Notes: a model not told the origin generated them from the sequence alone. Positions 1 through 9,395 are shown, counted from the first letter of the stretch. The stretch is DNA of 64,000 bases from Paludibacter sp. (GCA_037134195.1 JBAXMR010000008.1:1141-65140); one strand, 5' to 3'. Numbers and translations: made by a program.

Positions 1-404
1 ATCATTTGATCCCGAATTGGTTCAAATCTATCCGGAACATTCGTATTGCCCAGCACTCTGGCCATTTCACTTTCTTTAAAAAACGCCGGAAGCGGTTTCT
101 TTGTTTTTGGCAGAATGATTTTTAACGTAGGATTTTTTGTTACATAATCACGTCGGAGCAGGAAATGCCAGAATGATTTGAGAGTCGAAATTTTACGGGA
201 CAGGGAACGTGCAGATAGTTTGTCGTTCATCAACGAAAGAACCCACTGCTGAATTTGCAGGGCAGTTATTTCTTTCGGGTTGATTTGTTCGGGGGTTGTC
301 TGAAGGAAATCGCAGAATTGAAGTAAGTCTGTACGATACGACAAGACAGTATGAGTCGAATAATTCTTCTCATACTGTAAATATTGCAGGAATTCGTTCA
401 TCAT
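1..404 (-). CDS. Tyrosine recombinase, XerC/XerD-like, N-terminal part (gene runs off the left edge)
   Basis: Absent from the ORF track because no stop lies in the window. Reverse translation from ATGATG at 404-399 gives MMNEFLQYLQYEKNYSTHTVLSYRTDLLQFCDFL...LSARSLSRKISTLKSFWHFLLRR. This looks like the SAM-like core-binding domain of Xer/phage-integrase recombinases. Confidence 0.7.
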   Translation of the reverse strand, partial: MMNEFLQYLQYEKNYSTHTVLSYRTDLLQFCDFLQTTPEQINPKEITALQIQQWVLSLMNDKLSARSLSRKISTLKSFWHFLLRRDYVTKNPTLKIILPKTKKPLPAFFKESEMARVLGNTNVPDRFEPIRDQM

Positions 405-476
405 GACCGTGTGCTCAAATCTGCAACGAAAATAATAGAAATAAATCAGGAAAACAAGTTTTCCATTAAAAAAATA

Positions 477-668
477 CTATTCTTCGCCTAATTGCAATTT
501 TTGCACGTAAACCGCGTGAACTTTCTCTTCGCGTTTTACTACTGAAGGTTTGTCGAAACACTGACGACGACGTAATTCTTTTACAACGCCTGTTTTTTCA
601 AATTTACGTTTGAATTTTTTCAATGCTCTTTCAATGTTTTCGCCTTCTTTTACGGGTACTACGATCAT
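477..668 (-). CDS. rpsU: 30S ribosomal protein S21
   Basis: 63 aa, MIVVPVKEGENIERALKKFKRKFEKTGVVKELRRRQ.. is a typical S21 sequence. Confidence 0.95.
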   Translation of the reverse strand: MIVVPVKEGENIERALKKFKRKFEKTGVVKELRRRQCFDKPSVVKREEKVHAVYVQKLQLGEE

Positions 669-716
669 AATTACTTGTTATTTAATTCGTTTGTTTGTTA
701 TAAAATTTTCGGACTG

Positions 717-746
717 CAAAGATAGAGAATGATTTTTAATTGACAA
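717..746 (-). promoter_or_regulatory. Putative rpsU promoter (Bacteroidota -7 TAnnTTTG plus -33 TTG)
   Basis: The minus strand reads TTG (746-744), 19 nt, then TATCTTTG (724-717), about 50 nt upstream of the rpsU ATG. Confidence 0.5.
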
Positions 747-974
747 TAAGAAATGATAAAATATTTTGAGTTTGTGAGAAGTTTGTTCTGTAAGCTCTGG
801 TATTGGTAACAATTAAAAAAATCCCAAAAACTTTTATTTAACGTCTAAAGGGATTTTTTTATTGCAAAACAAACTGATGGTTACCTGTTATTTGATTAAA
901 TCAGTTTCACATTCACCGAGTTCGATTCCTCTATACTCTTTTGTTTTTCCTGTTTTGCCACAATACTATAAATA

Positions 975-2400
975 AACACTTTTGTCCGGTAAATGAAAAA
1001 ATAAGGAGAGGCAAAATCCGAAGAAATTGCCTCTAATGAATTAATTTTGTAATTGCAACACAAAATTAAATTCATGAGCAAAGATACAAATTTTATCGGA
1101 CAGCCGATATTCGGACAGTTATTAAATTTTCTAGATAAAGGATTCATAAAACGTGCATCTAAAGAGTTAGAAGCAGATAAATATGTAAAGAAGTTCACGA
1201 GTTACAAGCACGTAGTAGTTATGTTATTCGCGGTTTTTGAAGGTTATCATTCTATACGTGATACTGTTTTGGGACTATTGTCTCATGCTAATAAGCTTCA
1301 ATATTTGGGTTTAGATTACATTGTCAGGCGTTCCACTTTATCCGATGCCAATATTCGACGTCCGAATGAACTGTTCGCCAAAGTGTACTATGACACCTAC
1401 AAGCGACATAAGGATATTTTATCGGACAGCAGCTTGAGCAAAACAGACATGATTCGTTTGTATATCATGGATTCGACCACCATAAGCTTGTTTAAGGAGA
1501 TTCTAAAGGGTGTTGGCAGAAAGCCTGAGAATGGGAAAAAGAAAGGCGGAATAAAAGCACATACAATTATTGATTCGCAGGATAACATGCCCTGCTTTAT
1601 ACGATATACAGAGACAGCAAAGCACGACCACGTACTTTTAAAAGATGTAGATTTGCCTGAGAACTCATTTATTTGCTTTGACAAAGGATACATTACGAAC
1701 AATATGAAGCCTTTACCACAAAAAAGATATGGTATGTGACTCGATTAAAGGATAATGCGCTTTATAAGGCTAAGCAAGAGTTCGATATACCAGATGGTGC
1801 ACATCCAGGCGTCCTGAAAGATGAAGAAATAGAACTTTCGTACGGTAAAAACAAAGAATTAAAGCACAAAGCCAGAAGAATAGCATTTTGGGATGATGAA
1901 AAATGGGCGAGTTTTCGAGTTTATAACCAATAATTTTGATTTGTCAGCAGAAGAAATTGCATTGATTTATAAGAAAAGATGGCAAATAGAGCTTCTTTTC
2001 AAACAATTAAAACAGAATTTTCCATTGAAATACTTCTTGGGCGATAATGAGAATGCAATAATCATTCAAATATGGGCGGCAATGATAGCAAATCTGCTTT
2101 TGACTATACTCAGAAGCAAAATCAAAAAACAATGGGCATTTTCAAACATGATGTCAATTATAAGACACCAATTAATGAGCTATATAAACGTATATACTTT
2201 CTTTGAAGACCCTGAAAGGAGTTGGCGGAAAGTAATAGAAGAGCACAATGAACGAGAACGTTTACTTAAAAACAACCCTCAAACTACACTTTTTCCGGTT
2301 TAGGGGGCTTATATTTGAAAAAAAAGCAAAAGTATGGCTCTAAAGCCATGAAAATAGCATTTAAAATAATATTCCTACATTACCGGACAACAATGATTGT
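975..2400 (+). mobile_element. IS4-family insertion sequence, decayed; ends approximate
   Basis: An inverted-repeat core TTGTCCGGTAA at 982-992 pairs with TTACCGGACAA at 2380-2390. These bracket a DDE transposase reading frame. The outer few bp of the ends are uncertain. Confidence 0.65.
1053..2303 (+). pseudogene. IS4-family DDE transposase (DUF4372 N-terminus) broken by two 1-nt frameshifts
   Basis: Three consecutive ORFs (1053-1739, 1736-1933, 1893-2303) read as one transposase. Frame 2 gives ..GY / YEQYEAFTTKKIWYVTRLKDNALY.. after an indel near 1692-1695. FWDDEK / NGRVFEFITNNFD follows an indel in the A5 run at 1899-1903. Confidence 0.8.
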
Positions 2401-2424
2401 CATTATATTATTCAACCCGCATTT

Positions 2425-2470
2425 GTTAAAAAATAAACTGCCTGATAGATGTAGAATTTTGATTTTTCAT
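2425..2470 (-). pseudogene. 5-prime remnant of a stalk-type T9SS cargo gene, truncated next to the IS4 right end
   Basis: The minus strand reads ATGAAAAATCAAAATTCTACATCTATCAGGCAGTTT = MKNQNSTSIRQF. Compare MNNQNSTLTSCLSSSIRQF at the start of 13650..15830. The spacer 2471-2509 also resembles 15831-15872. Confidence 0.45.
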
Positions 2471-2509
2471 AAATTTAAATTTTAAAGTTGAATAAAAGAT
2501 TTTTAGTGA

Positions 2510-4447
2510 TTATGGTAAGATTATTTTTCTTGAATATGTTGATTGATTGTATTTTATAGAAACTATGTAAATTCCTTTCTTTAACATAGAAAGTGTAGTT
2601 CTTTCAGCGTTGGAAATCTTTTTGTTGAATAACATGCTGCCCGGCAAGTCAAAAACATAGAGTTGAGCTGTTTCTCCATTTTGTATTTCTGAAATTGAAA
2701 TAGTTCCATTTTTATTAATGTATATAGAGTTCTCCTGATTTAGTTTAGTTTCTTGAATATCGGTGTTAGGAGTTGTAAAATTCACAGTATTTATTTTCCA
2801 AAAATCATTTGTATTTGTTACTCCGAAATAGCTTCCATGCGTACGAATCATTGTGAGGTCGGGTTTAATAGTGTTATTGTAATAATTGACCCCATCAATT
2901 GAGGTAAGTACCACACAAGGGCGTGGACAACCATCGATAATATTATCGTGTATATTATAGCTTTTCAAGCCTCCTGCAGGAGAGAATCCATTTTGAGGTG
3001 CTTTTGATACAACTACCAATGCACCAGCTTGAGATTGAGTAGTCATACTAGCATTATACATACAATTTTGAATGGAATTATTCCCAATTTCAATATTGCT
3101 GGGACAGCCACCTTCCATCCAATAAAATTCAGGTGCAAGTGCAATCCCACTCATAGCGCTTCCAACAACAGTATTCCCATTGATAATTCCATTCGAAGAT
3201 TTTATCAAAATAGCCCGTGAGCGATTATGGCCTACCTGATTATTGATAACTTTAAATCCGGCACCACTTCTATTCATAGAGTAGAAAATATCCGAAATTG
3301 CCATTCCTGTCACCCAATTATCGATGGTAATAACCATACCATTTGTCCACTGATTCCGCTGTGAACCAAGCTTGGCATAACAGGCAGTTAATTGAGCTGT
3401 GGTTGGTGCTGTTAAAGCTGTAGTTACTGACTTAGCCACTCCCTTTCCACGAATAGAGCCATCATTGTTAACACAAACAATGCTGTCGCCCACACTCATT
3501 TTAAAATCGCTCAAATTGCTCGAGGAACATAGCAAATAAATACTTTTACTGGTGGCATTAATATCATATACAGGATAAAAATTACCATTAATAGCAATGC
3601 AGTCATCTCCATTGAATTCAACTTTACATTCTTCGATAATAGGACCGATTTTAGCAAATTTGCTATGAATTCCATCGGCACTCCCAGCACGCAAACGCTG
3701 AATTGTGTATTTTGAATCGTATGGTTTTCTGGTTACATTGCAGCGATAATAATGCGTTTTTTCACAATCATATTCATAAAATGAAAAACAGTTCGAATCG
3801 TATATGGTAATGCTATCCAGCAACATATTTTTACAAGCATTTAGTATAATGCCGTGAGCTGGTATATTTGTTCCGGTTGCAACAACATCCAATACTACAT
3901 AATCTCCGATTTGAACCACGCTGTTTTTGTCGGACACCCCCGTGAGCTGGAAAGTTCTTGTTCCGGTTTTTGTAACAGTTGCACCATAAATGTCACCAAA
4001 ATTCTTTACTAATTCCAGAGTTGATTGTCCAAATACCTGGACTTTAGTTCCTTTTACACTGTCAACGGGGTAACCATCGTGAATGGTAATATCCCAGGTT
4101 TTTCTGTCTGATGATATGGTATTAATGGTGACTTGCGTACAACATGGTGGATCATATTCGATGTAAAAATTATTAAACACCACGTTTTCACAACTTGTAA
4201 ACGAAAAACACAGCTTCTGCCTATTACATATAATTGTAGAGCCATTTCCGTTAATTGTTATATTCTTTTTATTACTGAAAGAATATGCTCCATTGGAAAT
4301 TAAATCAAGCGAATAAGTGCCCTTTGTAACATTGATTACCGAATTACCGCTCTGACTATTCAGAATAGTTCGCAAATCGGGGTAAGTTGTACCATATAAA
4401 GAATAAACTACAAGTATAATTAGAAACAATAAAATAGTCCTTTTCAC
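2510..4447 (-). CDS. Secreted GH110-like right-handed beta-helix enzyme with T9SS C-terminal sorting domain (copy A)
   Basis: 645 aa with a signal peptide. Motifs are IEYDPPCCTQ, SADGIHSK-x17-GDDCIAING and HNRSRAILIKSSNG. The C-terminal ~70 aa (..LYVFDLPGSMLF..GIYIVSIKYNQSTYSRKIILP) look like a Por/T9SS CTD. About 9 of 10 residues match 15873..17816 by eye. It appears to start at GTG. Confidence 0.8.
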   Translation of the reverse strand: MKRTILLFLIILVVYSLYGTTYPDLRTILNSQSGNSVINVTKGTYSLDLISNGAYSFSNKKNITINGNGSTIICNRQKLCFSFTSCENVVFNNFYIEYDPPCCTQVTINTISSDRKTWDITIHDGYPVDSVKGTKVQVFGQSTLELVKNFGDIYGATVTKTGTRTFQLTGVSDKNSVVQIGDYVVLDVVATGTNIPAHGIILNACKNMLLDSITIYDSNCFSFYEYDCEKTHYYRCNVTRKPYDSKYTIQRLRAGSADGIHSKFAKIGPIIEECKVEFNGDDCIAINGNFYPVYDINATSKSIYLLCSSSNLSDFKMSVGDSIVCVNNDGSIRGKGVAKSVTTALTAPTTAQLTACYAKLGSQRNQWTNGMVITIDNWVTGMAISDIFYSMNRSGAGFKVINNQVGHNRSRAILIKSSNGIINGNTVVGSAMSGIALAPEFYWMEGGCPSNIEIGNNSIQNCMYNASMTTQSQAGALVVVSKAPQNGFSPAGGLKSYNIHDNIIDGCPRPCVVLTSIDGVNYYNNTIKPDLTMIRTHGSYFGVTNTNDFWKINTVNFTTPNTDIQETKLNQENSIYINKNGTISISEIQNGETAQLYVFDLPGSMLFNKKISNAERTTLSMLKKGIYIVSIKYNQSTYSRKIILP

Positions 4448-4655
4448 AGTTTTTAATTTGAATTTTTTTGATAAAAAAGATTATAAGTAGTTGGAATTAT
4501 TAATGTCCTAAATTAAAGCTAATTCTATTTCCTAAACGCAAAGGAGCAAAGTAAATATGACGCAAAGTAAATATTATCTTTGCGGCTTCGTGTCTTAGCA
4601 ACTCAGCGTTCAAAATACGATATTGTATTGTTCTCATTACTTATAAGTTAGTTTA

Positions 4656-5355
4656 TTATTGATATTTTAGTTTGAAATTAGATAAGCCACAAGCGAGTAC
4701 CATAACTAAATCAAGGAAATCATCTATATAAGATCTGATTTCCTCTTTGACAATTCTGAATACTTTGCAGTTTCTAATTGTATTTTCGACTTTAACTCGA
4801 GTACTGGAAATTTGTTGATTCGATTTTTTTTAAATGTCAGTCAACTCTTCCTTTAGCTTTCTTTTTAGGGCAATTGATCTCGGCATTCTCAGGATTGAAT
4901 CCTTAGAAGCCAGAATCAAGCCAAATTCTAATTTTTTTAGAGAACTTAAGTTCTTCCATATCGCACATCATTTTGTCGTGCATTTTTCCTTCCCACGTTT
5001 TGGAGGTATATAAAATATTGTTATTCAATCCACTAACAATCAAAATTTTAATCGTGTGTTTTTTTGTCACTATAAAACTCTTTTTGAACATCAGGATCGC
5101 CAGGTCGAAGTATAGGACGTTCTTTTCCGTCGATAAGAACATCTTCTTCAGCAAGCAAATTATTTTAAGCATCTACTGTTCTACATGAAATGAATTCGCT
5201 TTTTCCAACGTAGTATTAAGTATTTTCTTTAGCAAATGAATCCATAGATTCGCCTGAGGTTGATTCATGTTGAATGAAGCTGCGTGAGCTTGTTGCAATG
5301 GATTATTCTTTATGTAAGAAAGAATAAATATCAACTTAGATCTACTTTGACACAT
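4656..5355 (-). pseudogene. IS5-superfamily (DDE_Tnp_4 / HTH_Tnp_4 type) transposase remnant, 5-prime truncated, multiple frameshifts
   Basis: Track ORFs 5173-5355 and 4903-5172 are supplemented by my own reading of 4656-4900. That reading gives ..PKKKAKG.., ISSTRVKVENTIRNCKVFRIVKEEIRSYIDDFLDLVMVLACGLSNF in shifted frames. This is the typical C-terminus of that transposase type. Confidence 0.6.
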
Positions 5356-5542
5356 TAGAAATTTTAAAATTAATTTCGTCCCTACGGGACTTTGTATATA
5401 GGACTTGTTTATGTTTTTACCATAATTACAGCTCTACGAGGTTAAAAAAAGTGACGTAGTCACGAAAATATGGTAAAAGCATGAATATAAATAACCCTTA
5501 AAGTCCCGTAGGGACGACATATAATTAATGTGTCAAAGTAGA
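5341..5542. repeat. 202-bp nested inverted-repeat element (MITE-like or structured RNA)
   Basis: A perfect 17-bp outer IR, TCTACTTTGACACATTA (5341-5357), pairs with TAATGTGTCAAAGTAGA (5526-5542). A perfect 18-bp inner IR, TCGTCCCTACGGGACTTT (5376-5393), pairs with AAAGTCCCGTAGGGACGA (5500-5517). A central palindrome GTGACGTAGTCAC lies at 5451-5463. Confidence 0.6.
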
Positions 5543-5579
5543 ATTAGATTGCAGAATGATTAATTTACTTTTCAAGCCC

Positions 5580-5602
5580 CATTACTCAAAAATTGAGTAA
5601 TG
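5580..5602 (-). terminator. Candidate terminator hairpin downstream of 5652..9212
   Basis: A perfect 10-bp stem CATTACTCAA / TTGAGTAATG with a 3-nt loop sits about 50 nt past the stop codon. There is no clear U-tract. Confidence 0.4.
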
Positions 5603-5651
5603 AGACCTGAATTTTGTAAACTTAACAACAACTTTTCTTAGCTATAAAAAA

Positions 5652-8600
5652 TCAATTAATTATTATTTTTCTGATTATGCTCTTACCTTCATTTGTCAGT
5701 TTTACTAAATAAGCACCAACCGATAAATTGTTATTTTCCTGAATATTTGTTCCTGACAAATCTCTTGAAATTACTTTCTGGCCTACAGCATTGAATATTT
5801 CAAGCTTTGCTCTATTTACTGTACCATTCACAACAATCTGTCCATTACGGGTTGAAATCCAAACATTTCCATTATTTTCAGGATTAATTCCTGTTGTTGT
5901 TGAAGGAGCTTTGAAAGTCAGTGCGAAACGACTTGTATTAGCAGTTGTTATTTCTGAATAAAAATTATAAGCAGTAGTTGTCAAATAAGTAATTACCGGA
6001 TTCAGCGGATCAATATTATCTTTCAGTAAAATCTGTGTTCCTTCAGCAAAATTACTCATAAGAGAAGCGTTGATAGTAAAATCACCGGATTTTCCAGTTG
6101 TAAATCCAAGAGCTATTTCAGTATCGTAAGGTATGCTGTTCATAGTATTTATGGCAAGCTGTGAACCATCAACAACGGTAAATAACTCAGGTATATTTAC
6201 ATTGCCATTCGACATTTTACCGGAATCGTAAGCATCCAGATTATTAGTTGCTCCGGAATAAAACTTAATTATTGTTTCATCGCCTGTAATTCCATTGAAC
6301 ACATTCAAACCTAATAAACCATAGGTTTCGTTCTTTAAAGTAGGTGTTTTCAGTGGAGTGGTAGGCACAGTTCCAGTAATATCTGGCATTGTTACGGTTG
6401 TTGTATGCGAACGATTTGAATTAGACAAAGCGATGGACTGGTTGTTTAATTTTGTTCTCACCCAGAATCCCTGCATAGGCGGAATATATCCTGTTACCCG
6501 ACCGGTTAAGCTGGAATTGGTACCAAAACCGTCAGTAGAATTTACCGTTTCGCAATGGTAATAACCGGCTGCATCGCGGGTACGATACCATACCGTTGGC
6601 TCTATACCGGCTGAATTTGCACTGATGGATGGCAATACATTCAGATACGAAGGATATGGATTTCCAATCAGGTTAAATCCGTGTTTTGGATTAGCTGAAG
6701 TATAAGACAGACCGCTGATAGTTTGATCACCCGTATTTAAACCGGTACCGCTAAATGTAACCGTTGATGTTGCTACACTTGGTTTTACAATATAACCAGC
6801 TCCAAAAGCCATAGTTGTGGCTCCGCTTACCGTATTCCATACTGCGCCGGCTGCATATCCATTCGCACCGGTTGACTGATTTGTATCACTTTCGGGGTAG
6901 GAATAGAAAGTTAATGAACCTCCATCGACTCCTGGTAATGATGATGCACCTGATACCGGAGAACTCATATACCAGTTGCGGGATGAGCTAAGATATTGTT
7001 TTACAGTAGCTGAGGTTACTGAAGTTGTTCCTCCATAATCATTATAAGTTCCGGTACCATTTGTGCCATCACTGTTTATACTTATAGCAGAAGCTATTAA
7101 TGAGCTTGTATTCGTAACCTTACCACCACCTGCAATAGTAAGGCTGTTTATGTTCGTTGGTGCGTTTATTGTCAATAATGCAGCATTTCCTACTATTACA
7201 TCACTAACCGGTGTCAAGGTCAAAGAACCTATTGAAGTAGAAGATGAAACGTTGATATTATTTGCTGTTGCAGATGGTGTAACGGAACTTGAAGTTGTGC
7301 CCGAACCGGTTCCTCTGATATTCGTGGCAGTTGCAGTAAAGGTGTAGGCAGTTCCATTGGTTAAACCTATTACCTTAAGCGGACTTGTCGAACCTGTAGC
7401 AGTGAATCCACCCGGTGATGATGTGACAGTATAGGAAGTTATATCAGCACCACCATCACTAGCCGGAGCTGCAAAGGCTATAGATGCTTGCGCATTACCT
7501 GCGGTTGCCACTACTGATGTAGGTGCTCCCGGAACTGATGGATAATATTTTGCTGCTTCGTTGGTTGTTGTTGATTCATATAGCCAGCCTCTTGGCATAG
7601 AAGTACTGCTGAATGGTCCTGTTTTTGAAGTTTGAGAATAACCTAATACTAGATAATTGTTTACTGCCGGTGTGTATGAAGTATAATCTGCTGTAACTGT
7701 CAATGAGGCATTGGTTACATCAAGTTCTGTACACGAAATTTTATCGAAATCAGTTCCTGCAGTTGTTTTACCTTTGATTTGCATCAATACACTTCCATAA
7801 AGTGGGAATTTAGTACCGGCAGCCGATGGGGTTAACACGATTGTTCCAATTCCGCTCGTACCTCCGGTATAGTCGCCTGGCGAAAGTGTACTACCTGTAG
7901 CTGTTACCAAAGTGCTTGCTGCAAAGGTACAAGAACCATTGATGGTTGCACCATTGTTATTATTCAAAACAACCACTGAAGTCGCGGCAGTAGAACCACC
8001 TGAAACACCATAATTAAAGTTTATCACACCACCCGAATTGTTATTCAGTATTGGATAAGTGCTTGTTGTTCCTGATGTACCTGAACTCGTAATAGAACCT
8101 TTCGTTATGTTAATAGTTCCGGTATTTGTGAATGTCTGATTTGCAGCCTTAGTACTTAACTTTATAGCATTGGTGTAACCGTATAAATTCAATATTCCAC
8201 TATTTGTAAAAATATAGGGCATTGAAGAAGCTACATATATACCTAAAGCACTTGACACATCTTTTGAGTTAATAGTGGCAGTACCCGTATTTATAAACTT
8301 ACCATATCCAACAGTACTAGGAGCTGCTCCTCCAAAAACAGTGGGTTGTTCAAATCCACTTATAGATAGTGTCCCATTATTAGTAAATGAACAAAAAACA
8401 GATTCTGTGGTTTGCCACATATTAATAGCATGCAATGCAGTTCCTGATGTACTAGTACCAGCAGTGATATATATTGAGCCGTTATTAATTATTGAAGCTG
8501 AATTGGCCAAATAGAACGCATTTCGACCAGATCCAATATTAAGATTCAAGGTAGTACCGCTATTGATGGTTATTGTTGAGCCTGCAGTTGTTATATTAAA

Positions 8601-9212
8601 AGGAGTAAAGGCTAAAGAGCCTGTAGCATCTCCCATTGTGAAACCCGCTCCTCCAATCGTACCTGCCGCATTTTCCGCTGCTGTAAAGAAAGATGTAGAA
8701 GCTTTTCCAACTAAGCTGTTTATTCCATTAAAAGTTAAAGTATTACCAGTACCATTTATAGAAACACCATAATTTACTGTTGATGCATTTGCAGTAGTAA
8801 TGGACAATGTGCCTTGATTAACAAAAGTATTTGTACCAGCCAGATACATTGCACCAGTTGTAGCTCCAGCAGTATTTAGGCCGGGGGCAATTGTGAGCGT
8901 ACCATTGTTTGTTAAGCTCGCTCCAGCGCTAAATGAGATTTTTTCCACATTCACGGTAGTTCCAACTGCAATAACTACCGATTTGCCAGCATTAATTGTA
9001 ACAATATCAGCTGCAGTCGGAACTGCTGAACTAACTGATGCAGTGGTGCTACTTGTACTCCAGTTAGAAATAGTAGCCCAATCGGTATTGGTTGTACCAA
9101 AGAAGTAGAGCGGCGTTGCATAAGCTCCGGAAGAATAAACCAAGCCAATAAAAAGCAAGGCGATAAATTTATAAACGCTCCGATAATTGAAAGAAATTGA
9201 TTGATTTTTCAT
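5652..9212 (-). CDS. Giant T9SS cargo: beta-strand stalk module, Fn3, ~450-aa unknown domain, T9SS CTD (type B)
   Basis: 1186 aa with a signal peptide. The stalk (TDWATISNWS..NNGTLTI.. repeats, ..LSPGDYTGGTSGIGTIVL..GTDFDKISCTELDV..) is homologous to the N-termini of 13650..15830 and 9396..13424. The Fn3 reads APTSVVATAGNAQASIAFAAP..YTFTATATN. The CTD reads ..KLEIFNAVGQKV..GAYLVKLTNEGKSIIRKIIIN. Confidence 0.8.
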   Translation of the reverse strand: MKNQSISFNYRSVYKFIALLFIGLVYSSGAYATPLYFFGTTNTDWATISNWSTSSTTASVSSAVPTAADIVTINAGKSVVIAVGTTVNVEKISFSAGASLTNNGTLTIAPGLNTAGATTGAMYLAGTNTFVNQGTLSITTANASTVNYGVSINGTGNTLTFNGINSLVGKASTSFFTAAENAAGTIGGAGFTMGDATGSLAFTPFNITTAGSTITINSGTTLNLNIGSGRNAFYLANSASIINNGSIYITAGTSTSGTALHAINMWQTTESVFCSFTNNGTLSISGFEQPTVFGGAAPSTVGYGKFINTGTATINSKDVSSALGIYVASSMPYIFTNSGILNLYGYTNAIKLSTKAANQTFTNTGTINITKGSITSSGTSGTTSTYPILNNNSGGVINFNYGVSGGSTAATSVVVLNNNNGATINGSCTFAASTLVTATGSTLSPGDYTGGTSGIGTIVLTPSAAGTKFPLYGSVLMQIKGKTTAGTDFDKISCTELDVTNASLTVTADYTSYTPAVNNYLVLGYSQTSKTGPFSSTSMPRGWLYESTTTNEAAKYYPSVPGAPTSVVATAGNAQASIAFAAPASDGGADITSYTVTSSPGGFTATGSTSPLKVIGLTNGTAYTFTATATNIRGTGSGTTSSSVTPSATANNINVSSSTSIGSLTLTPVSDVIVGNAALLTINAPTNINSLTIAGGGKVTNTSSLIASAISINSDGTNGTGTYNDYGGTTSVTSATVKQYLSSSRNWYMSSPVSGASSLPGVDGGSLTFYSYPESDTNQSTGANGYAAGAVWNTVSGATTMAFGAGYIVKPSVATSTVTFSGTGLNTGDQTISGLSYTSANPKHGFNLIGNPYPSYLNVLPSISANSAGIEPTVWYRTRDAAGYYHCETVNSTDGFGTNSSLTGRVTGYIPPMQGFWVRTKLNNQSIALSNSNRSHTTTVTMPDITGTVPTTPLKTPTLKNETYGLLGLNVFNGITGDETIIKFYSGATNNLDAYDSGKMSNGNVNIPELFTVVDGSQLAINTMNSIPYDTEIALGFTTGKSGDFTINASLMSNFAEGTQILLKDNIDPLNPVITYLTTTAYNFYSEITTANTSRFALTFKAPSTTTGINPENNGNVWISTRNGQIVVNGTVNRAKLEIFNAVGQKVISRDLSGTNIQENNNLSVGAYLVKLTNEGKSIIRKIIIN

Positions 9213-9241
9213 GATTTAATTTAATTATGATTATTATGATG

Positions 9242-9307
9242 CAAAAGTATTTTGATTTAGAATTTAAGATAATCTCAAAAATCTCAAAAACATTCAAATT
9301 TGTAACA
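9242..9307 (-). promoter_or_regulatory. 66-bp conserved promoter module, copy 1 (upstream of 5652..9212)
   Basis: The minus strand reads TGTTACAAAT, N7, TTTTTGAG ATT TTTGAGATTAT, N19, TACTTTTG. The -7 box is TAnnTTTG at 9249-9242 and the ATG is at 9212. Confidence 0.65.
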
Positions 9308-9395
9308 TTATATTCGTTTTTTTATAAGAAAAACTAGACTTACTGGTTTTATCCATTAAGCCAGGCTTTAGTAAACAATCAAATTTTTGTTCAAC

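Noticed and set aside
896-1702. Minus-strand ORFs 896-1198 and 1397-1702 overlapping the IS4 left end and transposase.
   Set aside because: Their low-complexity sequence is antisense to, or overlaps, the recognisable transposase frame. There are no start-site signals.
3029-4245. ORFs 3029-3220 (+) and 4054-4245 (-, alternative frame) inside 2510..4447.
   Set aside because: They are embedded in a long conserved CDS that has a near-identical paralog reading in the annotated frame.
4546-4584. A direct repeat GCAAAGTAAATAT x2 (4546-4558, 4562-4574) with hairpin CGCAAAG/CTTTGCG and a plus-strand TATCTTTG box (4575-4582). I considered it as a possible orphan promoter or small RNA.
   Set aside because: No downstream plus-strand gene or conserved structure is visible. 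It lies in IS-scarred DNA and is probably debris of the decayed element.
9269-9290. Whether the tandem TTTTGAGAT repeats, or any other short repeats in the window, represent a CRISPR array.
   Set aside because: There are only two adjacent 9-bp units per site, with no spacers and no cas genes. I saw no array-like periodicity anywhere in the window.
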